Source of the DNA: Candidatus Levyibacteriota bacterium
GTDB taxonomy: Bacteria; Patescibacteriota; Microgenomatia; Levybacterales; GWA1-39-11
Direction: 5' to 3'
Length of the DNA: 64,000 nt
Assembly (NCBI GenBank): GCA_039738415.1
Contig: JBCLLY010000005.1
Coordinates: forward strand, 4,306-68,305
Every line of letters begins with the position of its first letter. Position 1 is the first letter of the stretch. The position numbers and the translations under genes were made by a program. The notes beneath the pieces were generated by a model. The model saw only the letters and a list, made by a program, of their open reading frames with translations, was not told the origin of the DNA and did not search any database. Of the stretch, positions 9,290 through 17,979 are shown piece by piece.

Positions 9290-10367
9290 CGCTTTGCGTA
9301 TTTCCAAATAATTCTTGTCTTAGTTTTTCTCTTTGATCTGTGGAAATAATTTCTAAAGGCTGGAATATTTCGTTATTCATCTCTATATCAATTGGACTAA
9401 ATTCGTGAATATGCCTAGTGTCCTCAAGCAATATTTGATAATTTCCAGCAGAAAGAGTAGTTGCTGATGAGAATTGACCAAGAGCGTTTGTTTTAAAAGC
9501 TCTAACAGGGTTACCGCCAGAGTCAATTACTTCAACTATTATATTTGGCAAAACTTTTCCGCGCGCGTCTTTTACAATCCCCAAAACTACATTTGGGGTG
9601 TCGGGAATTTGTGGAAAACCACTGGCTAGTTGATTTTCCGGCGCAACAGAAACACCGGGCATTGACGGTTCTTGAATTTGAGGTTTAGGCGCTGGAGCTA
9701 GTACGGGTACAATGTTTTGTGTTAGAACGGTCGCGCTTTGTGGGATAGGCAAAGGCGCTTGTTCTACAGGTTCGGGTGGGGGAGTTACCTGAATGGGCTC
9801 CTGCGGCAAGTCTACAGGAAGTCTTACATAAGTGCCTTGTGGAGTTTGAGGTGTATCAATTGCCACCATACCCGTAACGGGAATGTTTGACTCGCTAAAT
9901 AGTCCATTTATACCCTTAAGCTGTTCGCGCTCATTCTCATCCACTTTATATGGGACATTTTTTCTGACGAGCTGATTTAGTAGAAGCTCGCGTCGGTTGT
10001 CCTTTTGTGCTACTTGGTTTATGGGGGTAGCTTTGTGTATTGTTTGTGGAGTAAAGTAATCGAAAAGTAATGCTTCGGCACCTTTTTTATGGAACATAAA
10101 GCGGTTTTCGGCAGGCAATGCTTTTAAAAAATTCATGAGCATTACGTCCATTGGTCTTCCCTCAATCGGTAAGAAAGCAAGTCCCGCGCCAATTGAACCA
10201 ATGAGTATAATAGCGGGCCACTTCAAGAGAAATGATATGGGCATTATGAAAAAAACTCCACATAAAGCCCCAGCCGCCAGGATATAAAGGAACTGTTTTA
10301 CTGTGACCGAGCCAATGAGCCTAAATTTAAATCCGGTAACATCTTGCGGTATAGGATGATTTTCCAT
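9285..10367 (-). CDS. PrgI/VirB3-like membrane protein fused to a Pro-rich linker and CarboxypepD_reg-like beta domain
   Basis: The N-terminus (IPQDVTGFKFRLIGSVTVKQFLYILAAGAL plus two TM helices) resembles the PrgI family of Gram-positive T4SS. The C-terminus (GIVKDARGKVLPNIIVEVIDSGGNPVRAFKTNALGQFSS) resembles a carboxypeptidase-regulatory-like fold. Confidence 0.6.
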   Translation of the reverse strand: MENHPIPQDVTGFKFRLIGSVTVKQFLYILAAGALCGVFFIMPISFLLKWPAIILIGSIGAGLAFLPIEGRPMDVMLMNFLKALPAENRFMFHKKGAEALLFDYFTPQTIHKATPINQVAQKDNRRELLLNQLVRKNVPYKVDENEREQLKGINGLFSESNIPVTGMVAIDTPQTPQGTYVRLPVDLPQEPIQVTPPPEPVEQAPLPIPQSATVLTQNIVPVLAPAPKPQIQEPSMPGVSVAPENQLASGFPQIPDTPNVVLGIVKDARGKVLPNIIVEVIDSGGNPVRAFKTNALGQFSSATTLSAGNYQILLEDTRHIHEFSPIDIEMNNEIFQPLEIISTDQREKLRQELFGNTQSA

Positions 10368-10372
10368 ATGTG

Positions 10373-10412
10373 TTAAATTGATAAACTGTTAAATTGATAA
10401 ACTGTTAAATTG
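10373..10412. repeat. phased 8-nt repeat array (16-mer x 2.5)
   Basis: Units ttaaattg, ataaactg, ttaaattg, ataaactg, ttaaattg begin 5 nt from the ATG at 10367. Confidence 0.85.
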
Positions 10413-10431
10413 TCGTTTTTAGGATTTGGCT

Positions 10432-10806
10432 TCATTCTTTTAATCTTTCATTTGTGAATTTTATAAGTTGATTTAATTCTTTTGGCAAAACACCCAAAGA
10501 CTCGTTGAGCATCTTGTATTCACTCTCTGAAATTAAATCACGAGCTTTAGCTTTTTCTGGCCAATCTATCGATTCAAGCAATGAGCCGAAGCTTATCTTG
10601 TAAAACCTTACCTTATCCTTTTTTGAATATCTACCAAACCCTTCGGCGATATTTGCTGAAATGGAATCAATTGCAGTAACAAATTGTGAACCTACTGTCT
10701 TTTTTTCAAACCATTTCCATTTACAAACTATATTCCAAACACTGTTTGATAATCTAAACGCTTCTTTATAGCTACTAATGTTATCTAACGTTAAATAAGT
10801 TCTCAT
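10432..10806 (-). CDS. four-helix-bundle protein (23S rRNA intervening-sequence protein family)
   Basis: The motif SISANIAEGFGRYSKKDKVRFYKISFGSLLE is characteristic of this family. Length is 124 aa. Confidence 0.75.
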   Translation of the reverse strand: MRTYLTLDNISSYKEAFRLSNSVWNIVCKWKWFEKKTVGSQFVTAIDSISANIAEGFGRYSKKDKVRFYKISFGSLLESIDWPEKAKARDLISESEYKMLNESLGVLPKELNQLIKFTNERLKE

Positions 10807-10810
10807 TTAG

Positions 10811-10834
10811 CAATTTGGCAATATAACAATTTAG
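10811..10834. repeat. 8-nt repeat units (caatttgg, caatataa, caatttag)
   Basis: Three phased units start 4 nt from the ATG at 10806. Here they are in the opposite orientation relative to the gene. Confidence 0.6.
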
Positions 10835-11087
10835 CTGAGTTGTTCTACATATCAGCTTATCCCGTGAAAATATTCAAATCAAGAGTATCAGAGTAGTGCA
10901 AACTATACGATATTTTGAGGCTAGTGTGAAAAGAGGCTAGGTTGTTCTGACGAAATCAACGACTACACTTCTACCATTTACTGAAAAACCTCGAACCTTC
11001 CAGCCTGGAGTGAGCAGACTTTCTAGAAGATTTCTAAGCTCTGTATTTAGGTTAGCGAGCCTAGATTAAATATCTATAATAGCGTTT

Positions 11088-12518
11088 TTATGTAGTCGGC
11101 GTAGCCGGTGGCGTACCAGGGTTAGTGGTTGGTGGGGCTAGTGTGTGAGGTCGAAACGGATTTGTTCTTGGTGCGGTTGTTACCTGGGGGGGATTATGGG
11201 GTGCGATTGGTTTCGAAAGTGCATCATTGAGTTTTTGTGCGCTGGTTATTGTCACATGTCCATTCTTGATTTCGTATTCTACTCCCATAAGGCCCATTAT
11301 ACGACTAAATATGGGATCAAACCTGTCTCCTAGCCATTTATATTGGCCGTTTGGTCCCTTTGCTGCCTGCCAAAGTGCATCTGCTTCTTTTTCAAAACGC
11401 TTAATATCAAAAGTATTAGGAATTTGATTCAATAAATCTTGGTTATTAAGCTGTCTTATTGACGTGTTTTCGTGGAAGCCTCCATACATTTGAATAAAGG
11501 GAACGCCTTGTACCATAGATGCTAAAAACCGCCGAGGATTTGAGGTTACTTCTGCGCGGTTAATAAATCCCATCCGTCCTTTTTTGGCCGCATCATATCC
11601 CCTGGCAGAATCAATCATCCAGCCAACTTCAAGATCTTCCGCAATTTTTGCGTTAGGATTGTATCCTCCAATTGCCGCGTAGATAGATGAGCGGAAAGCT
11701 GCATTTCTTCCTACAAGACTAGGACTGCGAGGGTTTCTTTCGCTTGGTGTACCTTCTGCATCTTTTTGAATCATCCTGTCAAGAAGATACCAAAGTCTTT
11801 GACCGGCTCTTAAATTAGGTTTCGCCAGTGCTTCCGGTGGAAGAGTCCATTTTCCTGCAACAGCGTCAAGTTTTGGTTTGTTATCAAACTCAGTCACCAA
11901 ATCTGAAATATATTTATCGTTGATTCCATCCAAATCAGCATCAAAACTTACCAGAATAAGATCTCCATTACGTCTTGTTCTCTTTGAATTTCTTAATAAG
12001 GCTAAATCATTGGCGTACTTTCGTGCATTTCCAACTCCTGCAACATCGCCTTCTTTCCATGTCTTGTCAACATATTGAACGTTTAATTCCGGATGTAGGT
12101 TTTTAAATCTCTGAACTTCTGCCTCCGTAGAATCTTTTGCAACGTTTTCGGGGTAGTTGTCAACGATAATAAATTCATATGTGGATGGGTCAAGCGGGTT
12201 TCCATTTTGATCTTTTTGAGCAAGGAAGTGGTTGAGAGTTTTAAAGATGTTGCCTCCCTCACCATAGGCGGGTACCGTAACAACAAGCTTGCAGTTCCCC
12301 TTCATTTCCGGAAGATTTTCATTATATATTTCAAGTTCTTTTCGATACGAATCAGGGAGCTTCTCCAAATACTCCTTCGTTTCCTGGCTCTCATCCAGCT
12401 CAGCGTCTGGATTTTCAAGCAGGCGTTTTGATCTTCGCTTTTTATAACCTTCATCATTCACCCCTCTATCAACGAGGCCTATGTTACCCCCGGAATAATC
12501 ACCGCCATACCCATACAT
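11088..12518 (-). CDS. family-2-like glycosyltransferase with Pro/Thr-rich C-terminal tail
   Basis: GT-A-like features: LVVTVPAYGEGGNIFKTLNHF, FIIVDNYPEN and VSFDADLDG (DxD). GGAGGT lies 11 nt upstream of ATG 12518. Confidence 0.6.
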   Translation of the reverse strand: MYGYGGDYSGGNIGLVDRGVNDEGYKKRRSKRLLENPDAELDESQETKEYLEKLPDSYRKELEIYNENLPEMKGNCKLVVTVPAYGEGGNIFKTLNHFLAQKDQNGNPLDPSTYEFIIVDNYPENVAKDSTEAEVQRFKNLHPELNVQYVDKTWKEGDVAGVGNARKYANDLALLRNSKRTRRNGDLILVSFDADLDGINDKYISDLVTEFDNKPKLDAVAGKWTLPPEALAKPNLRAGQRLWYLLDRMIQKDAEGTPSERNPRSPSLVGRNAAFRSSIYAAIGGYNPNAKIAEDLEVGWMIDSARGYDAAKKGRMGFINRAEVTSNPRRFLASMVQGVPFIQMYGGFHENTSIRQLNNQDLLNQIPNTFDIKRFEKEADALWQAAKGPNGQYKWLGDRFDPIFSRIMGLMGVEYEIKNGHVTITSAQKLNDALSKPIAPHNPPQVTTAPRTNPFRPHTLAPPTTNPGTPPATPTT

Positions 12519-12716
12519 TGATAGCAGTACCTCCAGTGGGAAGCGGGGGGTGATAACCCACGGGATTATTGGAATTGGAATTTCATAGTCTGAGCTAGTA
12601 TCAACAGGAGGGACGAGCTCGGTAACAGGTATTTCTGAAGTTATAATAATAGGTTCTGCGATTTTTATTTCAGGCCCACCAAATACTGTAGTGGGGGGGG
12701 GCCCTGGACGGGTACA
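12519..12716 (-). other. open -1 frame bridging the 1236-aa ORF and the glycosyltransferase ORF, entered at a poly-C(9) tract
   Basis: The glycosyltransferase reading frame has no stop from 12716 down to ATG 12518. It overlaps the last 17 codons of the 1236-aa ORF. The C9 run on the coding strand is at 12693-12701. Confidence 0.7.
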
Positions 12717-15700
12717 TCAACCATTGTCGGAGTAGGACTCGCACCATTTGCTGTTGCAAATGCCTGTAGCACCTTCCCATCACCTCTATCAACAAGCCTT
12801 CCGGTTTCGATAAAGCCCATTTTTCCATTTCGACCGAGATTAAATACATCTTGATGTCCATAAACTTCTGACGCGAGACTTCCTTCAGGAAGGGAAGCAA
12901 GTTTTTCTTGATTTAGGACGATTCGTGAGAATTCTCCAACGGTCATACTGTTGGGGTTAGAGGGGTCAACTTTATTTGTAAAATCAGTTGGGTCGAGTCG
13001 TATTTTTCCATCAAGTTTTCCATCAGAAATATCCGATACCCAAATCGGATTTTTCTGATCATCGGGCAGGGTGAAAGCAAATCCTGCTTGACCGTCGCGT
13101 ATGACCTGCTGAATGTCTATCGGGTTTGGTTCAATTCCTGATTGATAACCAAGTTTCATATCAGACATATCCCACTCAACGCCTTTTTGTCCATTTCCCG
13201 CGTCAAACACGGAGTTGTAGGCGCGAAGTTCGTTATGATCTGAATATGGAGTATCGTATGCGTACCATTCGCGTCCAGAAATAGGCGTTGTTTCCTTTGA
13301 CCATAATCCCTCAGGTCCAAACACTTCTGTGGGTGTAGAAATTGTCTCTCCGGGTATAGTGTCTGCGTCTTGGGTGAAAGTAGCAATTGATGATTCAAAG
13401 GTCATTTTTCCGCTTTCATCAAATTGTGCATTGTCGACGAGCACGTGTTCAGGATGACTTGTTACCACCAAATCAAACTTTGAAGGATCGGAAGCATCTG
13501 GTACCCAGTTAGTTCCCTCGGGGACTAGCGTAGGGCGTCCATTTAACATCTCAGTTGTTTGTGGAGCAGATGGACCAATAATTATGTCCTCCTTTTTTAT
13601 CGGGTCAAGATTTTTTATTTCAAATCCCTCCATATCAAATTCGTCCCTGATGTCGGTCGGAATGTCTCCCTCAACTCTCAAACTGCCCGTATCGGTAATT
13701 TTCGCGTTTGGTAAAAGCTTTTCACTTCCATCAGGGAGTTTTACGGATACGTTATTTTCAGAACCGGGGATAATTGTCATATCTCCGACATCCACAGGTT
13801 TTCTGTCTTTGAGTAGCTGTGCTATATTGGCACGCGCTTCATTTGTTTTACCAAAAACCTTATCAGCGTAAGGTATATTTTCAAGACCCGTAACGTAAGC
13901 ATTTTTACCTGTAGCTTCAATAATCCCACGTACAGCAGCTGCGGCTCCTAGACCACTTGCAAGTCCTATGGCGCCTCCAATACCCGCTGAAACGAGAGAA
14001 GAGCGGACTCTATACATATTAAAAGCTCTGTCTTGATCCCTGACGTCTTGATTAAATTGAACATTCCATTCTCCCTGAAATTCAGTAAGCCGGGCGTCTA
14101 TCATGTCGTTGTCCATTCCAGAATCTCTTAGTTTTACTCTCGCTTCAGCAATTGACCTGACAAGAGACATTCTGTTTTGCTCAACTGCTTCTCTGCTTTC
14201 ATAAGTAATTAGCCCCTTTTGATTGTTAAATCCATAATCAAGTCGTGCTCTTATCTCCGCTGCTCGCCTTAAAATAGCTTGTTGATTTGTGTCTGTGTTT
14301 GTTGGGTTATCAGGTGAGAGGCTGAGCTCCATAAGCTCTCTCATACCTCGCGAATCACCAAAGACATTTTCTCGCTCCTGACCTCCATTAATAAGAGTAT
14401 TGAACGAAACGTTTTCGTATTGATAATTATCAAGTTGTCGTCTTCTCCTATCGCTTTCAAGACTTGAAGCGTTATATTCTCTATCTGCTTGATGCGCGGC
14501 TCTGTCCACCTTTAAATCGTGCGCACGTCTCAGGCCGGCAAGGGCGGCTCCAAGTACACTTCCTGCTACGGGCGCTGCAAGAAGCGCTCTTCCAGACATG
14601 CCTGCAGCACTCATTCCACCATAAATTCCGATCGAGACAGCAGCACCGACAACTGCAGGATTTGTGAACCAGCGGCGTTTATTATTTCGTTGAGACCAGG
14701 CTATGGCCCTGTCTGCAAGTGTCCATTGAGTTGCAGAATCTGCAGCCCAGTTAGCGTTTGCAAGTTTTATCGTGGTAAGCTCTTTTAGACGCTCCATAGA
14801 GTAGTTGTGAGCTTCTCTATCTTGCCTAAGTTGATTACCAACCTCGAGTAGATCTGACGCGAAAAGTTCAGCTATCGTGCCAAATCTAGTTGCATCACGT
14901 CCAAATAGAGCTGCAACTTGCGCGTCGTCCTGATGGTTTTGTACAAATTCTCTCAGCGCTTGCTGAATCTGGTCATTATTAGTTATCTGCCCGTCTACAA
15001 TGGGTGCGATTATTTCATCAAAAACGAAATCCTTGAGATTTCCATCGAGAGTTACATCGAGATTTACATCGATTTCAACCACTCGATTTCCCGCAATATT
15101 TTCTCCGGTTTTAAGTTCTTGTACTTTTGATCTTTCAGACGTGCTTTGCTGATCGCGCGCAGTATTTATATTTGTTGCCGCTTGCGAAAAAAGATCAAGC
15201 TCGAGATAAGTGTTATTTGCTGCTATCATCTCTCTTAGGGCCTCAGATATATATCGTTGTCTGTAAAATTCCTCAAGCACTCTCAGGCGGGTTTTTCGGG
15301 CCCAATTTAAAGGATTAAGCATATTTCCCCTGCGTTGTTCGGCTCTCAGGTGTTCTTCGGCGCGCTCCCTGGCTCTTTGATGAAGATCCAATGTCCTGTT
15401 GACAATCATTGCCTCTCGTTGTACGTCCTCGATCGAAGTGGAAGTAGGGGTTGTTTTAACTTCGGCAGCTTCAGCTTTTGGTTCTTTTGTTGCACTATCT
15501 GTCTTAACTTCTTCCGAGGTTATTTCAATTTCTGAAGGAGTAGCAGCTATATCATCGGGCGTTATCTCAATTGCATCGCCTTCTTTAGGAGGCGAAGGGG
15601 GCGGAGATTCTTCCTCTCCCAAATATTCTGCTATTTTGTGCGCAGGTATTTCTCCGGCTCCATCCGGAAACTCTTCCGGTTGTTTTACTTGTGATCCGTC

Positions 15701-16375
15701 AGCGTTATGTTGGGGTTTGAAACGGTCGGGGTTTTTAACAATGGGTAGATCTTTGGGTTGGATTTCCTTGTTTGCTTCCTTTTTTGGAAGAAGTAAGTCA
15801 AATCTGAAAGCGAATACTTCTGATACAATTCTGTTATCTGCTTCACGGGATCCTGTTGAAATCCCTGAAGCTTTCTGAAGAAGATTTAGCTCGTAATCTA
15901 TTCTTGCCTCCATATCTGAAGGACTATATGCCCGCAAGATACTGTTGTTGTATAGAATTTTTTGATACGACTCGAGTTTTTGTCTCTCGGTGGGCGGTAA
16001 ATCCGGATTGTTCAGCTTACGCGTCAAATGTTCGAGAAGCGGTCTTATTGGAACGGATTCGCGGAGTCTCCTTTCACGTCCGGTCCTGTCGGTATAAGTA
16101 GCAGTGTGTGTATTTTTCCCTTTGTCTAGTGTTTGTGCTTTTATTCGTTCAATAAGATTAAGCGCTAGAAGGTGTGGACGGGCCTTGTCTGAATTTGAGT
16201 TAGCGAAAATTTCTTCGTGATATGAGGTAAGTGTGTTATTGAATGCCTCAAGTACTGAAGAACGGCTATCTCGTTCTTTACCGTCAGGGATTTCCGTTGT
16301 ATTTTTACCACTAAAAGATATATCCTCGGGTACACCTGAGGATTTTCCTGTTATCTCTGGTCCGTCACCTTCCAT
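12665..16375 (-). CDS. large (1236 aa) hypothetical membrane protein of the T4SS-like locus
   Basis: Long ORF. The first approximately 570 aa are charged and coiled-coil-like. Two Gly/Ala-zipper hydrophobic segments follow (VVGAAVSIGIYGGMSAAGMSGRALLAAPVAGSVLGAALAGL and LVSAGIGGAIGLASGLGAAAAV). The remaining approximately 430 aa form a C-terminal domain with no recognised family. Confidence 0.6.
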   Translation of the reverse strand: MEGDGPEITGKSSGVPEDISFSGKNTTEIPDGKERDSRSSVLEAFNNTLTSYHEEIFANSNSDKARPHLLALNLIERIKAQTLDKGKNTHTATYTDRTGRERRLRESVPIRPLLEHLTRKLNNPDLPPTERQKLESYQKILYNNSILRAYSPSDMEARIDYELNLLQKASGISTGSREADNRIVSEVFAFRFDLLLPKKEANKEIQPKDLPIVKNPDRFKPQHNADGSQVKQPEEFPDGAGEIPAHKIAEYLGEEESPPPSPPKEGDAIEITPDDIAATPSEIEITSEEVKTDSATKEPKAEAAEVKTTPTSTSIEDVQREAMIVNRTLDLHQRARERAEEHLRAEQRRGNMLNPLNWARKTRLRVLEEFYRQRYISEALREMIAANNTYLELDLFSQAATNINTARDQQSTSERSKVQELKTGENIAGNRVVEIDVNLDVTLDGNLKDFVFDEIIAPIVDGQITNNDQIQQALREFVQNHQDDAQVAALFGRDATRFGTIAELFASDLLEVGNQLRQDREAHNYSMERLKELTTIKLANANWAADSATQWTLADRAIAWSQRNNKRRWFTNPAVVGAAVSIGIYGGMSAAGMSGRALLAAPVAGSVLGAALAGLRRAHDLKVDRAAHQADREYNASSLESDRRRRQLDNYQYENVSFNTLINGGQERENVFGDSRGMRELMELSLSPDNPTNTDTNQQAILRRAAEIRARLDYGFNNQKGLITYESREAVEQNRMSLVRSIAEARVKLRDSGMDNDMIDARLTEFQGEWNVQFNQDVRDQDRAFNMYRVRSSLVSAGIGGAIGLASGLGAAAAVRGIIEATGKNAYVTGLENIPYADKVFGKTNEARANIAQLLKDRKPVDVGDMTIIPGSENNVSVKLPDGSEKLLPNAKITDTGSLRVEGDIPTDIRDEFDMEGFEIKNLDPIKKEDIIIGPSAPQTTEMLNGRPTLVPEGTNWVPDASDPSKFDLVVTSHPEHVLVDNAQFDESGKMTFESSIATFTQDADTIPGETISTPTEVFGPEGLWSKETTPISGREWYAYDTPYSDHNELRAYNSVFDAGNGQKGVEWDMSDMKLGYQSGIEPNPIDIQQVIRDGQAGFAFTLPDDQKNPIWVSDISDGKLDGKIRLDPTDFTNKVDPSNPNSMTVGEFSRIVLNQEKLASLPEGSLASEVYGHQDVFNLGRNGKMGFIETGRLVDRGDGKVLQAFATANGASPTPTMVDVPVQGPPPLQYLVGLK

Positions 16376-16377
16376 AG

Positions 16378-16791
16378 CTAGTTAACTTTTTGAGGATCAA
16401 GTGTTTCATTTTCAGAGGCACTACCGTCATTTGTTGCAGGTGGTGCGTTTCTTGCAACAGCAACATTTCCAAGATACATATCCCGAAAATCTATCATTGC
16501 CTGTGAGAACACTTCTTGCGCATTTGGAATTTTGTCCGTTATAAATTTCTCAATTTCCTCTTTGCCTTTTCCCTCGCTCCCCATCTTGATGAATTCCTCC
16601 ATATCTTCTTCTTTTAAATTCTCTACAATTGAGGAAGTCATATAATTATCGAGTCTAGCAAAAAGCTCCTTTATCATTTCCTCACGAACCTGCGAGTCAA
16701 GGGTAGACATATTGGTATCGTCTAGTAAGCCTTCTAAAAAAGCTCTGATATCATTTGGGATAACAAGTTGATTATCGTTATTAATATACAT
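16378..16791 (-). CDS. small acidic hypothetical protein
   Basis: 137-aa ORF with a strong SD (GGAGGTGA directly before the ATG). Its stop is 2 nt from the next gene's start. Confidence 0.55.
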   Translation of the reverse strand: MYINNDNQLVIPNDIRAFLEGLLDDTNMSTLDSQVREEMIKELFARLDNYMTSSIVENLKEEDMEEFIKMGSEGKGKEEIEKFITDKIPNAQEVFSQAMIDFRDMYLGNVAVARNAPPATNDGSASENETLDPQKVN

Positions 16792-16870
16792 TCACCTCCA
16801 TATTTAGCCTAACATGGATAGAACCTTCAAGTCAATGATTTAACGCGTATTAATATTAAATGAAGTGGGA

Positions 16871-17167
16871 TTAGAACGTGGGTCTGGTGATTTGACCTAC
16901 GCCTGTAACTGTTGCGATAAGATTTAAAATTGCAAAAGAAAAGAATATAAGCAATAGTCCGATTATCGCGTAGGTTAGGGTCTTTTTTGCATTATCTACT
17001 TCCTGAGGGTCGCCCTTGCTGGTGACAAATTTAAATCCTGCGTAAATTATAAGAGCCAGTGCTACAACTCCTGCAAAAATGAGCGCCCAGTTAATAAGAT
17101 TTTTTATAACTATCGGAATACACCTAAGTGTGGCGACTTCGCCTTCAAGACATGATGCCCATTCCAT
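16871..17167 (-). CDS. T4SS pilin-like (TrbC/VirB2-type) small membrane protein
   Basis: Two TM helices flank the shared module YAGFKFVTSKGDPQEVDNAKKTLTYAIIGLLLIFFSF. The same module occurs in three neighbouring ORFs. Confidence 0.65.
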   Translation of the reverse strand: MEWASCLEGEVATLRCIPIVIKNLINWALIFAGVVALALIIYAGFKFVTSKGDPQEVDNAKKTLTYAIIGLLLIFFSFAILNLIATVTGVGQITRPTF

Positions 17168-17182
17168 AGTTAGTGGTAGTTA

Positions 17183-17602
17183 TTAAAAGTTAGGAAGTTT
17201 AGGAATAGTAAGAGTTGTTAAGCTTAGTCCGAATATTCCCAGTATAAAATTCAGTATGAAGAATGATAAAAAGACGATAATTAGACCGATTACAGCCGCA
17301 ATTATTTGATTTCTGGCACCTTCTACTTTTGTAGTGTCACCGCTTGAGGTAATCCACTTCATTCCTCCAATGACTAACCAAATAAGCGCAATTACAATTG
17401 CAATTATAAACATGATTATGATTATTGTTCCAATAATACCCCCAAAATCAGCGGTTTGAATATTGCAAAATTCTTTATAGGGCCCATCTGGGCAAAGATC
17501 TAATGGTGTTCCTGTGCCTGAACCTGGTGTGGGGGTTGCAAAAGCAAGCTTAGGAGAAATAAAATAAAGTATCGGTGAGAGAAGTGCAATTAGTCGTTTC
17601 AT
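17183..17602 (-). CDS. T4SS pilin-like small membrane protein
   Basis: Signal peptide (…KLAFA/TP) followed by the module IGGMKWITSSGDTTKVEGARNQIIAAVIGLIIVFLSF. Confidence 0.65.
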   Translation of the reverse strand: MKRLIALLSPILYFISPKLAFATPTPGSGTGTPLDLCPDGPYKEFCNIQTADFGGIIGTIIIIMFIIAIVIALIWLVIGGMKWITSSGDTTKVEGARNQIIAAVIGLIIVFLSFFILNFILGIFGLSLTTLTIPKLPNF

Positions 17603-17652
17603 AATAACTATTTTTTATTGTTACAGCTTTTATTTAATTTGTCAAGGACAAG

Positions 17653-17973
17653 TTAAACAAACTTGACGTTGAATATTGATCCAAAGAACGTCATTATTCC
17701 AAAAGAGAGTAGTGCGACTAGAAGACCGATAATTGCATAAACTATTTGCGTGCGCGCAGCCTCTATTTTTTGAGGGTCTCCGCTCGAGCGTATCCAGTTG
17801 GTGCCTGCCCAGACGATATATAGTAGGGAGGCAATAATAACTACTATTAGAAAAATCTGAAGCCCTACGGCAATAGCACTGGATAGTGTTCCTGCGCCTC
17901 CTGTCGGAATTCCAGGAGGCGCCTTAATTACTCCGTATCCTGGAATTTTGAGTTGTGCTAAATTTTCTGTCAT
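17653..17973 (-). CDS. T4SS pilin-like small membrane protein
   Basis: Contains the module WAGTNWIRSSGDPQKIEAARTQIVYAIIGLLVALLSF between two TM helices. Confidence 0.65.
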   Translation of the reverse strand: MTENLAQLKIPGYGVIKAPPGIPTGGAGTLSSAIAVGLQIFLIVVIIASLLYIVWAGTNWIRSSGDPQKIEAARTQIVYAIIGLLVALLSFGIMTFFGSIFNVKFV

Positions 17974-17979
17974 ATTTAT

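Noticed and set aside
8470-10412. Whether the short-period intergenic repeats are a CRISPR array
   Set aside because: The units are only 8 nt long, contiguous without spacers, AT-rich and degenerate. No cas genes are present.
10807-11087. Whether the four-helix-bundle gene marks a 23S rRNA intervening sequence or an rRNA fragment in the 281-nt gap
   Set aside because: I could not recognise any 23S-like conserved sequence on either side. The family also occurs as stand-alone genes.
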